From Penicillus capitatus (Eukaryota > Plantae > Chlorophyta), in the NCBI GenBank assembly GCA_965649825.1, contig OZ287697.1:2245826-2309825 (forward strand): a stretch of 64,000 bases of DNA. Reading direction: 5' to 3'. A program made the translations under genes and the position numbers. A model generated the notes under the pieces. That model searched no databases. It was given only the letters and a program-made list of their open reading frames with translations, and was not told the origin of the DNA. This document shows positions 60,252 through 64,000 of the stretch, in pieces; positions within the stretch are counted from its first letter, which is position 1, and every line of letters begins with the position of its first letter.

Positions 60252-62918
60252 ATGACTGAGACCGCAATAACGAACCCCTTCGTTGGCGTCGCCCTCAGGA
60301 GAACGGGCGACGTCGTCGACCTTCAGCCTTTCCATTCGACAGGGGAATACGTCGAGACGCTGGAGATCGACCTCCGAACCGGCACGGCCGAAGCTTCGAC
60401 GCAGCCGCGTTTCCTTCGTAGCTGCATCGTGTTCCCTGGACTTCTGGGAATGCTGCGCCTTGCCAAAGCAACGGTCCTCGTCACTATCAAGGAAGCAAAA
60501 CAAGTACACTCGCCTGCTCACGCAGACCGGACAGCGACAGCCTTGGTTCTGCAGGTCGCAACGGTGCATGGTTCTCCAGTTTACCGAGTGGTTCAGACAG
60601 AACTGCATCTTCCCAGGGGACGTTTATCATCACAAGATGCCAAGTGCGTGCATAGATGTATGGACGCGTGATTTGTGCGAGCCCCTGTGCGTAGCCACAT
60701 CGAATTGGCGAGATCGGCAGTGGATCCCAAACAAGCCGGAAGAGGACTGTACTTCAGCGGCGGAATCCGACTGACGCTGACCACTGAGCGACAGGCGGCC
60801 GTCAGCAATGAAAGAGGAGAAGGGTCGTGGGAACTGGAAGACACCCGCTTCTCCTGGAATCGCCATCTGATGGAACCCGTCACACGTAATGCACATCCTT
60901 TTCCGAGAGAATGTCCAGATGTCGGCGATGTAGAGCTGAGAGCACATGGATTTGTGTTACCTGTCATTCAAGGCTTCGTACAGGAGCTGACAGATTCGGA
61001 ATTTTCGCAGCGAGTGACCGGGAAGTTGACCCTTGTGGCACGTCGTTCAGTGAGACGCCTGGGCACACGCAGCTGGAGAAGGGGCGCCGATCTCCAAGTG
61101 ATTCTTCGCGTCTACGCTTACGAACCTGTATATGTCGATGTCAGGGATCTGTGGCGAATTTTGTCGAGACAGAACAGCTTCTGTGTCTGTCGAATGGACA
61201 TATGTGTTCGTTCGTTCAGCTACGAGGACCAATCCCCGTGTTTTGGGCAATCATTCCGAACGTCAAGTACAAACCATCCACGCGTCTTGGGAGAGAGATT
61301 GACTACACACATGCCTTCGTTGTTCACGTCAATGACCTTCTCCGTACGTACACAGTAAGCAAGACCTGTGTCGTGGGGGGATGGGATACAGAGATGTTGT
61401 TGGATAGGAATGCGTTGCGGTGAATTTGGCACACGCCACCGGATCTGAGGGTTCCTTGACAAGTACATCCGACAATGCCACTCGGCGTTTCGCAAGGACG
61501 AAAGACGGCTTCCGTCTCATCAATTTTGATTTCCATAAAGAATGTGGAACGACTCGATATCATCGTATCTCCATCCTATTCGACAGAATCCGAGCAGATC
61601 TGGATCGCTTTGGCGAGTTCGTTATCGTATCTCTATCCTCGTCTGATTTCGTGTGCGAACACAAGTGCATGACAGGAGGAGGGTCGAGCAACATCTGTTC
61701 AAGACGGCATCGTTCGCACCAATTGTGTCGATTGCCTTGATCGCACCAACGTCGTGCATACCGTGTTTGGCCGTTATGCCTTGGAGTCTTTTCTCAAGAA
61801 AGAGCATCTACTTGGGGTCCAAGCGTCTCTGCCAGCATCTTTCCCTCATGTCAGATACAACGCCATCTCCTGTCATCTCGTCCAAAGCTTTGTGTTTGTG
61901 CAGGTCGCCCTAGGCGTGATTCCGCTCTGCCTGCTGCGGACCCTGACAGGTCGTTTTGCAACCTGTCTGAACAGAGGGGCTTCGACCGAAGACCTGGAGG
62001 AAGACGTCTTCAAGAAGCTAGAAGACAACAGGGAATCCGTTGCCATTCCCTTGGACAACGGAGGAGAGCCTCATCTGCCCATGGTAAACAAACAAAATCT
62101 TCAAACTTTGGTTTCGAAAGGAGATTGTGCATGACAGGAGAGAGGAGGACGAGGCAACATCATAGTGGACACGCGAGAAGTGCCAGCCTCACTTCTCGCG
62201 GCGATCGACAGGGCAGATTTCAAGACCGATCTTCACCTCATCAAGGTAAGACAATGAGAATTAATAACATATCTTTACAAACTGATTGTGTGACAGGTGG
62301 GCGATTACATCCCGACCCCCGACATTGCCATCGAGAGGAAGACAGTGGCAGATTTCCACGCTTCCTTCATCAAGAGGAGGGTCTTTTCCCAAGCTGCCAA
62401 GATGACCACACACTTTAAGATGGCGATGCTGCTGATTGAGTCTGACGGGGGTCAGCCCCATTTAAGACATGATGAGAAGATCGCCCTGTCGATCGATTCG
62501 AGGGACATCATTTCTCGCCTCGTCCTCCTCATCCATCACTTTCCAACACTCAGGTACTTAGTGATGCTTGTATGTTCTACAAACAGATCGTTTTTCTGTT
62601 CTACAGGGTGGTTTGGTCGTCATCTCCGGATGCGACCTGTCAACTGCTTGTCAAGCTCAAGCAGAATCGCCCGAATCCGGACAGTACAGAGGTCAAGAGA
62701 CGTACAGAAAGGGCGAATGATGACTTGACAGACTGGAAGACAGTTGACATCTGCAGGTGTGCCATTCCTTTAGTCTATCTGCCATGTTTGATCATCGTCG
62801 TCCTTGACATGTGTTTAGAAATTTGCCCGGAGAGACAACAACCATCCGCCGGAAGCTGCTAAAAGCTTTCAGAACGTTCAATAATTCTCCTCGACAGTAT
62901 TTTGTACAGTTTTTTTAA
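60252..62918 (+). CDS. Chimeric SAC1::ERCC4 fusion (copy 3)
   Basis: As copy 1, with SNPs at 61513 (C-to-R in the SAC domain) and 62183 (A-to-P after VDTREV). Confidence 0.72.
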
Positions 62919-63502
62919 CTTGTAATAGAAGACACATAAAGTGTGACATCATATTGACTCCGGCTGTGACCACAATTCCGCGACAGAATCGTAGTTTTTG
63001 GCTGCCTGTGTGAGTGAGAGTGACAGAGTGACCATAGCTGCAAGTGAGAGAGTTACCATAGCAGGTTCCGTCGGACATATTGAGTTTTGCAACATCTATG
63101 TTCGACATTGCGTATCGGCTGCATGTTGTGAATTCTCCATCGACAGTATCTGTTGAATTTCTGCCGAGACGATGAGACATGATTGTTCGGTTAAAGGAGT
63201 ATCACAACACACAAACTCATTACAATGGCAGAGTTCAGATATGACGGATTGAATGTTGAACACGTACGGCGGCTTGTTCTTGGCACAACGATGCCAGTGT
63301 GTCGACGAACGTCGACACATGGATCAATGAACGAAATCACGTCGGTCGTTATCGTTTATCATTCATCATTGTTTATGTCTCCCACACCACATGCAATAAA
63401 AAACACTCAGGCAAAACACAACAGAGCGAACGCACTGACTCGCAAAAGGAACACAGCAACAAAGAATAACAAGATGCGCCCCCAATGATATCTGTACATT
63501 CA

Positions 63503-64000
63503 TCAGGGCTGTGCTGCTCCTTTCTGCAAATCCTTAGCATCTTTATTCGGTTCCTCGGGGGAGGACGGAGGTCCAATCAGGGACAGGATGGTCGGTAGGA
63601 GGAGCAGGCCCGTAAACATGCCGGCGATAGTGGAAATGGAATACTGAACGAACAAACGATTGCTAATGGCTGGATAATCCGAAAGAGCAGAGGGCAGCAT
63701 TCCGAGAAAAGTTGTCACGCCGCCATTGAATACTGCAACGCCCATAGTCTGGAGCGCGTGTGTAGAACGTGTGAGACGATCCCCTTCGGCCAACATGAAA
63801 TCTCGAGCAATGTGCGCACAGAACTCCACGGACAACCCAACCGTCACAATGAAAGCAACGTAGGCAGAGTAATCCAGATCGATAACAGTCCAACTGGTCA
63901 TTCCAACCGTCAGCAGAACAGAGAGCAGCACGCAGACAGACACGATGAGCGCGGCAAAGACGTTGACGATGAGGGGCAGCATGACGACCGTCGCGACAGC
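63503..64000 (-). CDS. Patched/NPC1-like 3' end (copy 4), 5' part outside the window
   Basis: Same C-terminal TM block with two I-to-V substitutions (63961, 63985). Intact or pseudogene status cannot be judged here. Confidence 0.7.
   Translation of the reverse strand, partial: AVATVVMLPLIVNVFAALIVSVCVLLSVLLTVGMTSWTVIDLDYSAYVAFIVTVGLSVEFCAHIARDFMLAEGDRLTRSTHALQTMGVAVFNGGVTTFLGMLPSALSDYPAISNRLFVQYSISTIAGMFTGLLLLPTILSLIGPPSSPEEPNKDAKDLQKGAAQP

Larger units (their letters stand above)
45458..64000. repeat. Head-to-tail tandem array with a 5,985-bp unit: 45458-51442, 51443-57427, 57428-63412 and partial 63413-64000, continuing off the window
   Basis: The same ORFs recur at an exact offset of 5985 (for example 45548/51533/57518/63503 and 48282/54267/60252). 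Only a handful of SNPs were seen: 52467, 59595, 61513, 62183, 63961, 63985. Confidence 0.98.

Noticed and set aside
44008-64000. Array unit as a Helitron, Pack-MULE or LTR element capturing gene fragments
   Set aside because: I found no transposase, Rep/helicase or RT ORF, no terminal inverted repeats, LTRs or target-site duplication, and no convincing Helitron 3' hairpin plus CTRR. A non-autonomous element cannot be fully excluded.
45458-64000. CRISPR array or rDNA repeat
   Set aside because: The unit is 6 kb of protein-gene fragments with spliceosomal introns. There is no short repeat-spacer pattern and no rRNA-like sequence.

Overview
This is eukaryotic nuclear DNA from a very compact, gene-dense genome with short (about 45-60 nt) GT-AG introns and the standard genetic code. 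The gene content points to a green alga (Viridiplantae, probably Chlorophyta): plastid-type PDH E1-alpha with transit peptide, HDA9-type HDAC, RGLG-type copine, AMP deaminase with an N-terminal TM anchor, FAE/KCS and plant-type TyrRS. The exact lineage cannot be fixed from the sequence. Bases 1-43.3 kb are tightly packed single-copy genes, about 23 in total, several head-to-head with start codons only 30-80 bp apart and one tail-to-tail pair with overlapping CDS. They include a RING1-like gene invisible to the ORF track and two tandem catalytically dead trypsin-like proteins. From about 43.7 kb the window becomes a rearranged, amplified zone. A diverged stand-alone XPF/ERCC4 nuclease gene is followed by a near-perfect 5,985-bp tandem array (3 full copies plus a partial one running off the end). 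Each unit carries a 5'-truncated Patched/NPC1-like half gene with a shared nonsense codon. Each also carries an apparently intact, multi-exon, in-frame chimera of a SAC1-type phosphoinositide phosphatase domain (CX5RT motif kept) and the ERCC4 nuclease domain of XPF (GDY..ERK..D motif kept). All exon structures were threaded by eye and need RNA-seq confirmation. No rRNA, tRNA, CRISPR array or transposase was recognised.
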